64,000 nucleotides of DNA from an uncultured virus (IMG/VR IMGVR_UViG_3300010391_000110). Taxonomy: Duplodnaviria; Heunggongvirae; Uroviricota; Caudoviricetes. Below are positions 37,459 through 46,179 of the stretch, in pieces. The position numbers and the translations under genes are program-made. Every line of letters begins with the position of its first letter. Position 1 is the first letter of the stretch. Under the pieces are notes generated by a model, which saw only the letters and a program-made list of their open reading frames with translations, was not told where the DNA came from and did no database searches. The stretch is from the IMG/VR virus record IMGVR_UViG_3300010391_000110. One strand, written 5' to 3'.

Positions 37459-38100
37459 ATGCAAAACCACAACGACAAGCCGGAAAGCCTGCGCGCGTGG
37501 TACACCCACTCCACGCGCAAGGCGGTTCGCAGCCTCATCGCCGCCACCGTCGTGTCGTCGCTGGCGATGGTCGCGTTCTGGTTCGTCGTCCCGGCGGATC
37601 TCACCGCGCGGATCCAGGTGGCCAACGGCGCCTTCACGATCCCCATCTTCGGGGGCCTCTGGATCCTGGCCTTCATGTGCATCTGGCTCATCCCGATGCG
37701 GGAGGTCAGCTTCCGGGGGCAGGAATCGCTCGACCGGACGGAGGAGCGCCTGAAGAGCGCCCTCGATGACCGGCTTCTCCCGGCGATCGAATTGTGGACC
37801 CGGATCGGAACGAAAGTCGAGACGGAACTCCTCCCGAAGCTCGAGCGCGTGGTCGACGACGCTCAGAAGGCCGTCAAGTCGTTTCATGACCGGGTTGTTC
37901 CAGCCCATGAGAGCGTGCGCAGGACCGAGAACCTGGTCCAGGCACAACTTGGGATCCTCACCTCCGAGGTGGCCGCCGCGTCTAAGTCCGTCCGGGGCTT
38001 CTTCGGCCCCCAAGGGGCTCCCGCGGACGTCGGGGAGGCGATCCAACTCATGAGCCGTCCTGGGAAGAACGGAAGCGGCCTTCCGGTCAGGAGAATGTAA
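37459..38100 (+). CDS. Two-TM coiled-coil protein
   Basis: Two N-terminal TM helices followed by heptads. Confidence 0.65.
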   Translation: MQNHNDKPESLRAWYTHSTRKAVRSLIAATVVSSLAMVAFWFVVPADLTARIQVANGAFTIPIFGGLWILAFMCIWLIPMREVSFRGQESLDRTEERLKSALDDRLLPAIELWTRIGTKVETELLPKLERVVDDAQKAVKSFHDRVVPAHESVRRTENLVQAQLGILTSEVAAASKSVRGFFGPQGAPADVGEAIQLMSRPGKNGSGLPVRRM

Positions 38101-38103
38101 CGT

Positions 38104-38547
38104 ATGTCCCACACGATCTTCTCGGCATCGCCGTTCCGCGGCGGCTACAGCCATGCGGTCGTCCCGTTCCGCCTGGGCGGTGGGCGGGTGGATGGTGTAC
38201 TGGACTTCCTCGGCCTCGACGAAGACGACGCCGAAGGCCTTCTCAAGCCGCTCGACGAGGCGATCGCCGCGGTCCCCGTCGGCGCCCTGAAAAGCGACTT
38301 CGAAAAGCGCCGCGATGGGTGCATGGCGGAGAAAATCATATCCAAGTACAAGTGCCTGTACGACCTCTTCCAGGACGTCAAGAGCGCCATCAAGGACGGC
38401 GACCAGGCGCCACCCACGGGCGGGACTCCGACAGGAGGGGCGAAGACGACGCCTCCGAGCGAGTTCCCCTGGGTGCCTGTCGGAATCGCCGCTGGCGTCG
38501 GAGTCGCCGCGCTGCTATACTTCGCGTTCAAGAAGAAGAGTGCATAG
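38104..38547 (+). CDS. Leader-bearing, C-terminally TM-anchored protein
   Basis: ...PFRLGG leader; FPWVPVGIAAGVGVAALLYFAFKKK end. Confidence 0.7.
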   Translation: MSHTIFSASPFRGGYSHAVVPFRLGGGRVDGVLDFLGLDEDDAEGLLKPLDEAIAAVPVGALKSDFEKRRDGCMAEKIISKYKCLYDLFQDVKSAIKDGDQAPPTGGTPTGGAKTTPPSEFPWVPVGIAAGVGVAALLYFAFKKKSA

Positions 38548-38562
38548 ATAGGAGAACCGGCC

Positions 38563-39132
38563 ATGCCTTATGCTGCGAGCTTCCGTCCGGCGGCGCACGG
38601 CGCCTTCCTCCCTCAGGTGCGTCTGGCGGGATCCATGACGCGCCAGGTGGCCTACCCGGTCCAGCCGTTCCTGGGCCAGGTCCGCATGGGCGTCACCACC
38701 GAGGAGTGGTACAAGCGGGCGAGCGCCTCGCTCGAGCGCTACCGCTTCCTCAAGAGCCAGATCCAGTCGGTCAACAACGACGTCGGCCGCCAGAGCCTGA
38801 CGATGTGGCTCGGCACCATCGCCGTCGACGAGTCGCCGGAGTACCGCTACGCCACGGTGCTCAGCGACTTCAACGACGCCAAGAAGACCGGCCTGACGGT
38901 CTACGACATCGACCGGCGCACGGGCCGCATCGAGAAGCTCGAGAACATCAACGACCAGTTCAACCAGAAGATCGAGGCCGCCCGGATCAGCTACGGCACC
39001 CGCGACGTGCCCGCCACGACGCCTCCGGGCGGAACCCCGGGCGGGCAGCAGCCGCCGACCAAGACCCCGGACCTGACGGTTCCGCTCCTGGTCGCCGGCG
39101 CCGCGGTCGCCGTGGCCATCATCTTCGGGTAG
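38563..39132 (+). CDS. Leader-bearing, C-terminally TM-anchored protein
   Basis: SFRPAA...PQVRLAG...FLGQVRMG leader; TM end. Confidence 0.75.
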   Translation: MPYAASFRPAAHGAFLPQVRLAGSMTRQVAYPVQPFLGQVRMGVTTEEWYKRASASLERYRFLKSQIQSVNNDVGRQSLTMWLGTIAVDESPEYRYATVLSDFNDAKKTGLTVYDIDRRTGRIEKLENINDQFNQKIEAARISYGTRDVPATTPPGGTPGGQQPPTKTPDLTVPLLVAGAAVAVAIIFG

Positions 39133-39145
39133 GGGAGGTCGCCAG

Positions 39146-39520
39146 ATGCAACTCGCCTACCATCCGGCGCCGCCTGGGCGCCGCGCTGCATGGAAGCCGG
39201 CCGCCATGCGCGGGCCGTTCCAACTCAGCCAGACAAACTCCGAAGAGTTCGGCATCGGGGACGTGCTCATGCCGATCATACGCCTCGGTGCCGCGGGCGC
39301 CGTCGCATACGTGGGGATGCACGCGGCCCTGAACCAGAAGGGGATGCTTTCGGCCCTGGGTTGGGTCGCGTGGGCCGCCGGATTCTTCTCGGCCTTCTCC
39401 ACGCTCGGGGGGCTCTTCATGATGGGGGCGACCCCGAAGTCCTCCCTGGAGCCCGTGGTCGTGTCCGCGCCGACTCCGGCCGCGCCGACGACGGTGCCTT
39501 CGGGGCCCATGGAATTCTGA
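39146..39520 (+). CDS. Leader-bearing two-TM protein
   Basis: AWKPAA...FQLSQ leader; two TM helices. Confidence 0.7.
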   Translation: MQLAYHPAPPGRRAAWKPAAMRGPFQLSQTNSEEFGIGDVLMPIIRLGAAGAVAYVGMHAALNQKGMLSALGWVAWAAGFFSAFSTLGGLFMMGATPKSSLEPVVVSAPTPAAPTTVPSGPMEF

Positions 39521-39598
39521 TCTTCGCACAGTCCAGGGTTGAGCGGTGCGGTGGCGTCACGGTGGCTGGAAGGTTGAATGAAGACGGAGAGCACGACG

Positions 39599-39742
39599 AT
39601 GCCGAAGATCAAAGGGCGCAATTTCCGGCGCGTGTCCCAGAACAAGGACGGCAGCTGCCCGAAGGGCGCGCGGAAGTTCCGCCGCGGGAAGACCCAGACC
39701 ACGGGTTGCTACGCGCCCATGGCCAAGGCCAAGAAGCGGTAG
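39599..39742 (+). CDS. 47-aa highly basic peptide, candidate DNA-condensing core protein (not in ORF track)
   Basis: MPKIKGRNFRRVSQNKDGSCPKGARKFRRGKTQTTGCYAPMAKAKKR; SD GGAG. Confidence 0.65.
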   Translation: MPKIKGRNFRRVSQNKDGSCPKGARKFRRGKTQTTGCYAPMAKAKKR

Positions 39743-39758
39743 AGCAAACCCGATCCCA

Positions 39759-41960
39759 ATGAACGGTGTCGCGCCTGGCGGCGCCGTGCCGGTCGTCAAC
39801 TTCCTCCCGGCGCGTGGCGATGCTCGGCGCGGCGCATGGCTGAGAAATTCGGGGGTCCCCGTGGGACTCCCCCTCCAGCCGCGCTTCGGACTCGGACAGT
39901 TTGCCTGGACCCCGCCTCCGACCGGAGACGCGACCGCCACCAAGTGCTACCACTGCGGGCTGCAGGGGTATCGCCTCATGACCCCGACGATGGCTGCCAT
40001 GGTCCCGGGCGGCTGCACGGAGGTGGATGCGACGCTTTGCGCACCGGCCACTGCGCCTGCGCCCGCTCCGACGGGAGGAACTCCCTGGCCGGGGACCGCT
40101 CCCGCGCAGGCCCACTGGACGGACGGGCCGACCCGGATCAACGTCCTCGTGTTCGAACCCGGCGAACTCAAGCCGTACACGGCCGCCGTCCCGGTCATCA
40201 TCTCGGTCTACAAGTACACGGCCATAGGCGCGGCCGTCACGGAAGTGACCCGCGGCACGACCGGCCCCGACGGCCGGTTCACCTGGCAGGGGTCCGCCCC
40301 GAGCGCGAACAAGGACTATCATTTCCGCGTGCAGGTGCAGGCGCCGGGCAACGCGAAGACGCTCGACGTGGCAGCCCGGCTCGCCCACATCATGGGAGCT
40401 GGGGGCGGCGTCGTATCCGAGAGTTCCCTCACCGTCGTGGCCTGTCCGTCCGGAACCGACTCGCTCGTCTGCGCGGTCGCGCAGGCGCAACTCGACTGGA
40501 AGCAGATCTACGACTCCCAGATCGTGGCCTGGGGGAATTCCACGCAGGCCCAGGGGTTCGCGGCGGACATGGCGCATGCGAACGTGCCGCTCACCCACCC
40601 CGCTCTCAAGGCGAGGTGGGACGTGTACAGCTGGTGGCTGGGCGACCGCGGGATCCCGCCCAAGGATTGGCCTCATCTCGACCGTGAGTTCACCCGGACG
40701 TGGAAACTCTTCGCCACGATCCCGTTCCCGCGCTGGCCGGAGATCGAGGACCTCTTCACGAACTGCTGCAAGGGCGTCCCCATCGGGCAGGGGAAGGACA
40801 ATGCGCGCTACGGGGTCGCCTCCCCGAGACTCTACTCGAAGACCTGGTCGGACTACTTCCCCAGGACCGACAAGCAGATCCTCAAGGATATGGCCGCGGC
40901 TTACCTGCTGGCTCTCGGGTCGATCTTCAGGTGCATGGAGCACAAGATCAGGCGGAAGGCTGCGGATACGGAGCGAACCATCAAGAAAATGGCGCTCATC
41001 TCCTACGCCATAGTGCTCGTCAACCTGCCGTGGCTCATCGCCGCCGGGCCCGGAGGCATCGCCGCGCTTGCGACCGAGACCTGGGACTTCGTCCAGATTA
41101 TGCAGGGAGGGTCAGCCCTCGGATACGGCACAAGCGCCGCGATCGCCGCGGCCGCGATGGCGGCCGGGGATCCAGCTCTGGTCGTGGCCGCGCTCGAGCC
41201 GATCATCAACGAGATCCTCGGCACGGCGGACCCAGCTGTGGCCGCGGCCATCAAGGCGATCTATCCGCAGGTCGTCGGCCTGGCGATGTCCGCCGTGGGG
41301 TCCATCGCCGGCGCTTCCGTGCAGCAGGGGTCGAACGTCATCGCCAACGGCGCGTCGAGTTTCCTCGATCTGTCGACGATCGCGTCGGCCATTGCGGTCA
41401 TGGCCGTCAAAGCGATGGCTGCGGTCCCGAAGATGATCGCCGCCGAGAAGATCGAGCAGTTCCATGACGCCGCTAACAGTATGAACCTCGCCGCGGTCGA
41501 CGTGCTCAACTACGTGGCCGGCGAGGAAGTCTCGCCGATCTTCAAGCCGTTCCTCGTGTGGGTGGTCGAGGCGATGGGACTTCTCGACCTGTTCAGTCAG
41601 GCTATCGACCAGTTCCTCGACCAGTTCCAGCAGTCCCTCGCGGTGGGGGACCAGCAGGGCGGAGGCGTGACGGTCGTGCCCGAAGAGGGCGGAGGCGGCC
41701 CGGCCATCGCTCCCACGGACCCGGACGGCGTGCCGACCGACGTGAACGGAAATCCGCTTCCCGGGGGCGAGGCTCCGCTCACCCCTCCGTCCGGCGGCGG
41801 GCAGGTGCCTGGGTCACCGTCCCCGGACATGCCTGACATGCCGATGGAAACGACCACGAGCGGCATCGGCGGGGTGGGCGGGACAAGCCCCGTGACTGCG
41901 ATCGGCGTGGGCGGAGGTGCAGCAGCGCTTCTCCTTGTGGTGGGGAGTGTGCTATCATGA
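39759..41960 (+). CDS. Large leader-bearing membrane protein
   Basis: ...QPRFGLGQ leader; Ala-rich hydrophobic core; C-terminal TM. Confidence 0.75.
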   Translation: MNGVAPGGAVPVVNFLPARGDARRGAWLRNSGVPVGLPLQPRFGLGQFAWTPPPTGDATATKCYHCGLQGYRLMTPTMAAMVPGGCTEVDATLCAPATAPAPAPTGGTPWPGTAPAQAHWTDGPTRINVLVFEPGELKPYTAAVPVIISVYKYTAIGAAVTEVTRGTTGPDGRFTWQGSAPSANKDYHFRVQVQAPGNAKTLDVAARLAHIMGAGGGVVSESSLTVVACPSGTDSLVCAVAQAQLDWKQIYDSQIVAWGNSTQAQGFAADMAHANVPLTHPALKARWDVYSWWLGDRGIPPKDWPHLDREFTRTWKLFATIPFPRWPEIEDLFTNCCKGVPIGQGKDNARYGVASPRLYSKTWSDYFPRTDKQILKDMAAAYLLALGSIFRCMEHKIRRKAADTERTIKKMALISYAIVLVNLPWLIAAGPGGIAALATETWDFVQIMQGGSALGYGTSAAIAAAAMAAGDPALVVAALEPIINEILGTADPAVAAAIKAIYPQVVGLAMSAVGSIAGASVQQGSNVIANGASSFLDLSTIASAIAVMAVKAMAAVPKMIAAEKIEQFHDAANSMNLAAVDVLNYVAGEEVSPIFKPFLVWVVEAMGLLDLFSQAIDQFLDQFQQSLAVGDQQGGGVTVVPEEGGGGPAIAPTDPDGVPTDVNGNPLPGGEAPLTPPSGGGQVPGSPSPDMPDMPMETTTSGIGGVGGTSPVTAIGVGGGAAALLLVVGSVLS

Positions 41961-41979
41961 TCCGTCAGGAGGAGATCCC

Positions 41980-42462
41980 ATGAAAGCAGATGCCTTCAAG
42001 CCGCAGGGCAAGCAGGTCACCGTCCGGAGCGTCGGAGGGGCGCCCGACTCGATGATCGGGCAGCATTTCCGGATGGGCGGCGCGCAGCAGATGCAGGCGC
42101 CTCCGATCGACGTCAGGCAGGGCGGGGATCGCTTCGTGCCCGTCGGAGGGAACGGAGCCCTGCCGCTCGCGACCTAGCCCGCCATTCAGCAGCAGGCGGT
42201 GCCGCAGCGCCAGCAGCCGCGTGCCTTCCAGCCGGCCGCGCAGCAGCAGTCCGTCCAGGAGCAACTCGCATCCAGGCAGCAACTCGCCGCGCAGCAGCAA
42301 CAGCAGCAGCTCGGCGCGGCCCGGCTCGACGACGGAGGCGAGACCTTCGCCGTCTACATCGACGGGGTCGGCCCGGACGGGGCGCCGTTCTCGACCGACG
42401 CCATCGCGGTGCGCTTCCCGGCGGGCTCGCAGCTCTCCGGGATGAGGTACGAGAAGGTCTGA
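41980..42462 (+). CDS. Gln-rich protein interrupted by an in-frame TAG at 42175-42177 (readthrough, nonsense mutation or two genes)
   Basis: SD AGGAGGAG at ATG 41980; ORFs 41917..42177 and 42199..42462 share a frame. Confidence 0.5.
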
Positions 42463-42464
42463 CC

Positions 42465-42830
42465 GTGAACTTCACCATGATCCCCGTCGCGCCGACTCTG
42501 GACGCGGCGCAGCAGGCCAGGCTGGACGGCGTCGTCCAGGCGGCGCGAGAGCTCATCTCCTTCTCGGACGCGGACCCGGCCCTGGCGGCCCGCGCCGGCG
42601 TCGAGGTGCTCGCGCTCGAGGCGAAGATGGCGCTTCAGGGATCAAGGCTCGGGGGAGGATCGATCGACGCCTACGAGCGCCTGGACGGCATCGTCGCGCT
42701 GGCGGGAAACCGGATCGGGGAATGCGTGGCGGCCATGGACCGCGAGATGTCCGGCAGTCCCGTCGAGCGCCTGAGCAGGATCATCGGCCTGGCCGGAGGG
42801 GCCATCGGGGTCATCCGCAGCATCTTTTAA
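42465..42830 (+). CDS. Hypothetical protein with hydrophobic C-terminus
   Basis: 121-aa ORF. Confidence 0.6.
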   Translation: MNFTMIPVAPTLDAAQQARLDGVVQAARELISFSDADPALAARAGVEVLALEAKMALQGSRLGGGSIDAYERLDGIVALAGNRIGECVAAMDREMSGSPVERLSRIIGLAGGAIGVIRSIF

Positions 42831-42847
42831 CGTCGAGAGGAAAGCTC

Positions 42848-43660
42848 ATGAACCATTCGCTGGGTTGAGGGATGAAGGTGAACCTCCGTTCGTCGAACGG
42901 AGTCGCGCCCCGTCAGGCCGCCCCGGAAGAGGAGCATCCGCGCTCGCTCGGCTGAGGGGGCGGCGGCGCGTTCGTCGCGCCTCCTCCGTCGGAGGAGAGA
43001 CAGTCCCTCCCGCCCGGCTACACCGCGGCCATCCGCGGGAGCGTGCCGGCGCAGCAGGTCGCCCGGCCGGTCTCCGGACGTCCCGGGGGTTTTCAGATCG
43101 GATCGCCCGGCCCGCGCTTCGTCCCGACCGCGCACGAGAAGGGGTTCCGTCCACTGCTCATGGGCGGCGTCCTCGGGCAGGTGCGGCTCGCCCAGCCCGG
43201 CCAGCAGTCCAGGCCGATCCTGGGGCAGGCCACGACGACGGTGACGCCCACGACGGAACCCGTCGAGTCGCAGCCGGTCGGGCAGCCCAAGAAACTCCCC
43301 GCCACCGAGGCGCAGGCGGGTCAGGGTCAGGAATCCAACTGGCGCCGGAAGGCCTGGGGGCATTTCCGCCGCATGGATGCCGCCGAGATGGCGGTCTACC
43401 TGCATGGCATCGAAGAGCGCATGGACCAGGTCAAGGTCCCCCGCGGCATCGTCGAGCAGATCCGGAAGCGCCTGGAGAGCTTCGCCACGACGGCGAAGAC
43501 CGACGCCGAGGCGATCACCATCGACGAACAGGAGGTCGCGGCGCTCGACAACGCCATCATGTTCCTCGAACAGACCGAGGCGGCGCAGGGGCCGAATCTC
43601 GGCGCCATCGCGGCGGCGGTGGCGGGTCTCGGCCTTCTGACGGCGGTGCTGGTGGCGTGA
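42848..43660 (+). CDS. TM-anchored protein with two in-frame TGA codons (candidate double selenoprotein)
   Basis: SD GAGG 7 nt before ATG 42848; MNHSLG*GMKV...PRSLG*GGGG... continues in frame into ORF 43043..43660. Confidence 0.7.
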
Positions 43661-43995
43661 TGATGCGGATCGAGAAGCCGTCCGGATTCTCTCCCGCCCG
43701 CCAGTTCGCGCTCCGTCCGGTTGTGCCCGCGCCCCGTCCGGTTGTGCCCGCGCCCGCGCCACGCCGGCTGGAGGCCTCGCACCCCGTCCTCGCCCAGGCC
43801 GTCCTGGCCGATCCGGAGCTTCGCGAGATCGGGGGGTTCCTGTCCGAGGCCCGGGAGCAGCTCGCCGCGATCGAGCGCAGCTACGTGAACCTGGCCATCG
43901 CCCTCGGGCAGGCCGAGGCCGACCTGGCCGTGGCACAGGCCCGAGCGACCGTCGAGATGTACGAGGCCGCCTACGTCCGGGCGGGAGGAGCGTAA
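43660..43995 (+). CDS. Leader-bearing coiled-coil protein
   Basis: TGATG overlap; 21-bp tandem duplication encoding RPVVPAP twice. Confidence 0.65.
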   Translation: MMRIEKPSGFSPARQFALRPVVPAPRPVVPAPAPRRLEASHPVLAQAVLADPELREIGGFLSEAREQLAAIERSYVNLAIALGQAEADLAVAQARATVEMYEAAYVRAGGA

Positions 43996-43997
43996 CC

Positions 43998-44291
43998 GTG
44001 AAGATCCGCGTCACCGGCTGAGAACTGTCCGGACTCGTCAGGCCCGTCGGGCCCGTCACGATCGAGAAGACCAAGGTGGTCCAGAAGGACGTCCTCGTCG
44101 CCAAACTCTCCGGGGCGGCGCAGGGTACGATTGCTGTTGTGCGCGACGCCAAGCACAACTATCATGTGGTGGCTCCGAAGGAGCTCGGAGGAACGCGGGC
44201 CGTTCCCGCGGATTCCCTCACCGACTGTCTGCATCAGGCGGTTTACGAGATATCGGAAGCGAAGAAGAGCCGAGGAGGTCGGAAGCGATGA
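43998..44291 (+). CDS. Small protein with in-frame TGA at codon 8 (candidate selenoprotein)
   Basis: SD GGAGGAG, GTG 43998; MKIRVTG*ELSG... is in frame with ORF 44076..44291. Confidence 0.7.
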
Positions 44292-44758
44292 ACGCAACGG
44301 GATTCCCGGTCCAGTTCCCCACGGCCCCGTCGATGCCTCAGGTGCGGCTGGCGCAGCCGTGGGCCCCGGCGCGGCGTCAGCAGCCCCTGGCCGTCCGCGC
44401 GACGCGCCCCGTGGTTCCGACCCTGGGCGGCTCCAGGGTGGGGCAGACCACCGCGCAGCTGTGGGCTCGCGGGTCGGACATCAGCTTCTCGATCCTGACG
44501 GGCGTCGCCGCCATCGTGAGCGGCATCGCGCTCGTCGTGAACTTCGGGAAGGGCGACCCCGCCATTCCGCCGCGCATCGTGCCCGGCATGCCGCCCGTCC
44601 CAGGACGCTCGGCGACCTCCGGGAAGCCGATGTGGTACGTGATCGGCGGGCTGATCTCGGTCCTGGGGGCCGCGAACATCTGGTCGAGCATCAACCGGGC
44701 CTCGGCGATCCAGGCGGCATCGGCGCCGCCGGCCGCTGCGCCGCCGTCGGGGGGCTAG
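44288..44758 (+). CDS. Leader-bearing two-TM protein
   Basis: MPQVRLAQPWAPA...SRVGQ leader. Confidence 0.7.
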   Translation: MNATGFPVQFPTAPSMPQVRLAQPWAPARRQQPLAVRATRPVVPTLGGSRVGQTTAQLWARGSDISFSILTGVAAIVSGIALVVNFGKGDPAIPPRIVPGMPPVPGRSATSGKPMWYVIGGLISVLGAANIWSSINRASAIQAASAPPAAAPPSGG

Positions 44759-44793
44759 GCCTTTCGGACAGACAGACGAGGAGGACTCAAGCA

Positions 44794-45138
44794 ATGCAAG
44801 CCATCTCCTTTCCGGCCACCTCGATGCCCGGCCGGTGGCGGCCGGACCACCAGGTCGACGCCGCCCTGCACGGGACGTGGACGCCCGCGCAGCGCCAGGC
44901 GTGGGCGGTCGCCCGGAGCCACGCGCTCCAGGGGCGCCTCTCCCAGGCTTCGACCGCGGCGGTCGAGACGCCCACCGAGCTCATGATCTCGGTGTCGGCG
45001 GCCTTGGCCGCGCTCTTCGGAGGCCTGTCGCTGGCCTTCGGCGCGCCGAGGGGCGCACCCACGCTCACGTGGGTGGGCATCCTGGCGGCCACGGTCGGCG
45101 GCTTGAAGCTCCTGCAGACGGGCTCCAAGCTCGCGTAG
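44794..45138 (+). CDS. Leader-bearing two-TM protein
   Basis: SD GAGGAGG; WTPA...GRLSQ leader. Confidence 0.65.
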   Translation: MQAISFPATSMPGRWRPDHQVDAALHGTWTPAQRQAWAVARSHALQGRLSQASTAAVETPTELMISVSAALAALFGGLSLAFGAPRGAPTLTWVGILAATVGGLKLLQTGSKLA

Positions 45139-45146
45139 GAGGCGGC

Positions 45147-45458
45147 GTGAAAGTGGACAACCCTGCGGTGATGCTCTCGGCCCGTCCGCCCATGGCGAGG
45201 CCGTGGAAGCCCGCTCCGTTCCGGCAGGGACCGTCTCCGTTCAGCAGGAGCCTGGCCGGGGCGTCCGTAGGGCAGCCGTCGAAAGGGACGCTCTTCGACG
45301 ACCCCTTCGTGGCCCTTCTCCTGAGCGGCGCTTCGACGGTCCTTGCGGCCATCAGCACGGTCAAGCTGGAGGGCGCCGCGCGCATCCTGGCGTGGGCGGT
45401 CATGATCGGGGCCGGCACGCAGACGCTCGTCAGCGGGGTGCGCTATCTCCGGTCCTAG
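45147..45458 (+). CDS. Leader-bearing two-TM protein
   Basis: SD AGGAGG; WKPAPF...SVGQ leader. Confidence 0.65.
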   Translation: MKVDNPAVMLSARPPMARPWKPAPFRQGPSPFSRSLAGASVGQPSKGTLFDDPFVALLLSGASTVLAAISTVKLEGAARILAWAVMIGAGTQTLVSGVRYLRS

Positions 45459-45470
45459 TCGGGAGCTGCT

Positions 45471-45722
45471 ATGAAGATGCGGTTCAGCGAACTGGCGCCG
45501 GGCTCCTGTTTCACGCGTGGCAGCCGCGGTGGCGTCCGGAAGAAGCTGCCGGACGGACGGGTTGTGGGCGTGTCGGATGTGGGAAAACCAAGGACTCGAG
45601 GCATGAAGGGCGACCCGGAAGTGAACGACGTCTCGTGCCCCCTCAACCTGCTCGGCGTCGGACTCAGGAAAAATCCGGCCGCCGTGATCGAGATCGGATC
45701 CGTCGTTCGCCGATGCCGGTGA
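45471..45722 (+). CDS. Small basic protein
   Basis: 83 aa, R/K-rich. Confidence 0.55.
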   Translation: MKMRFSELAPGSCFTRGSRGGVRKKLPDGRVVGVSDVGKPRTRGMKGDPEVNDVSCPLNLLGVGLRKNPAAVIEIGSVVRRCR

Positions 45723-45732
45723 GAGGTGGCGA

Positions 45733-46146
45733 ATGGCCGTCGAACTGATCGAACTCGGAGCCCGGCGCGGGAAGATCCTGCGTAAAGGGTACACGCGGAA
45801 GGGCGGGAAGCGCGTCAAGCAGACGTACGTGAAAGACACTGGCAAGCCCGGCAAGACGCCCAAGTCGAAACGCGTGCTCCCGCCCATCAAGCCGGGCACC
45901 CTAGCCTGCGAAGGCGACGCCTGGAGGCACGGCGACGCGCCCGAGAAGCGGATGCGGGTCCTGCGGTGCATCATCGTCAGCCGGCACGTCCCGTGCGTGA
46001 CAGTCATCCGGGACCTGAACGTCGTGGCCAACTATTCGGAGCGGACGTCCCCGGCCACACACAAGGCCGCTCGAGAAGATATGGAACGCCTCCGGATGCA
46101 GGGCGTCTGTCTCAGGAGCAGATCGAACGGACAGGCGGCTCCTTGA
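45733..46146 (+). CDS. Basic protein resembling an NCLDV family (DUF5771-like)
   Basis: RKGYTRK...KDTGKPGK...LPPIKPGTL...VIRDLNVVANYSERTSP; similarity recalled from memory. Confidence 0.5.
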   Translation: MAVELIELGARRGKILRKGYTRKGGKRVKQTYVKDTGKPGKTPKSKRVLPPIKPGTLACEGDAWRHGDAPEKRMRVLRCIIVSRHVPCVTVIRDLNVVANYSERTSPATHKAAREDMERLRMQGVCLRSRSNGQAAP

Positions 46147-46179
46147 TCCGCCGCTGAACCGGAGAAGGAGGCGTGGTCC

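Noticed and set aside
43713..43755. 21-bp tandem repeat as a regulatory or mobile feature
   Set aside because: It is an in-frame coding duplication (RPVVPAP twice) within a low-complexity leader.
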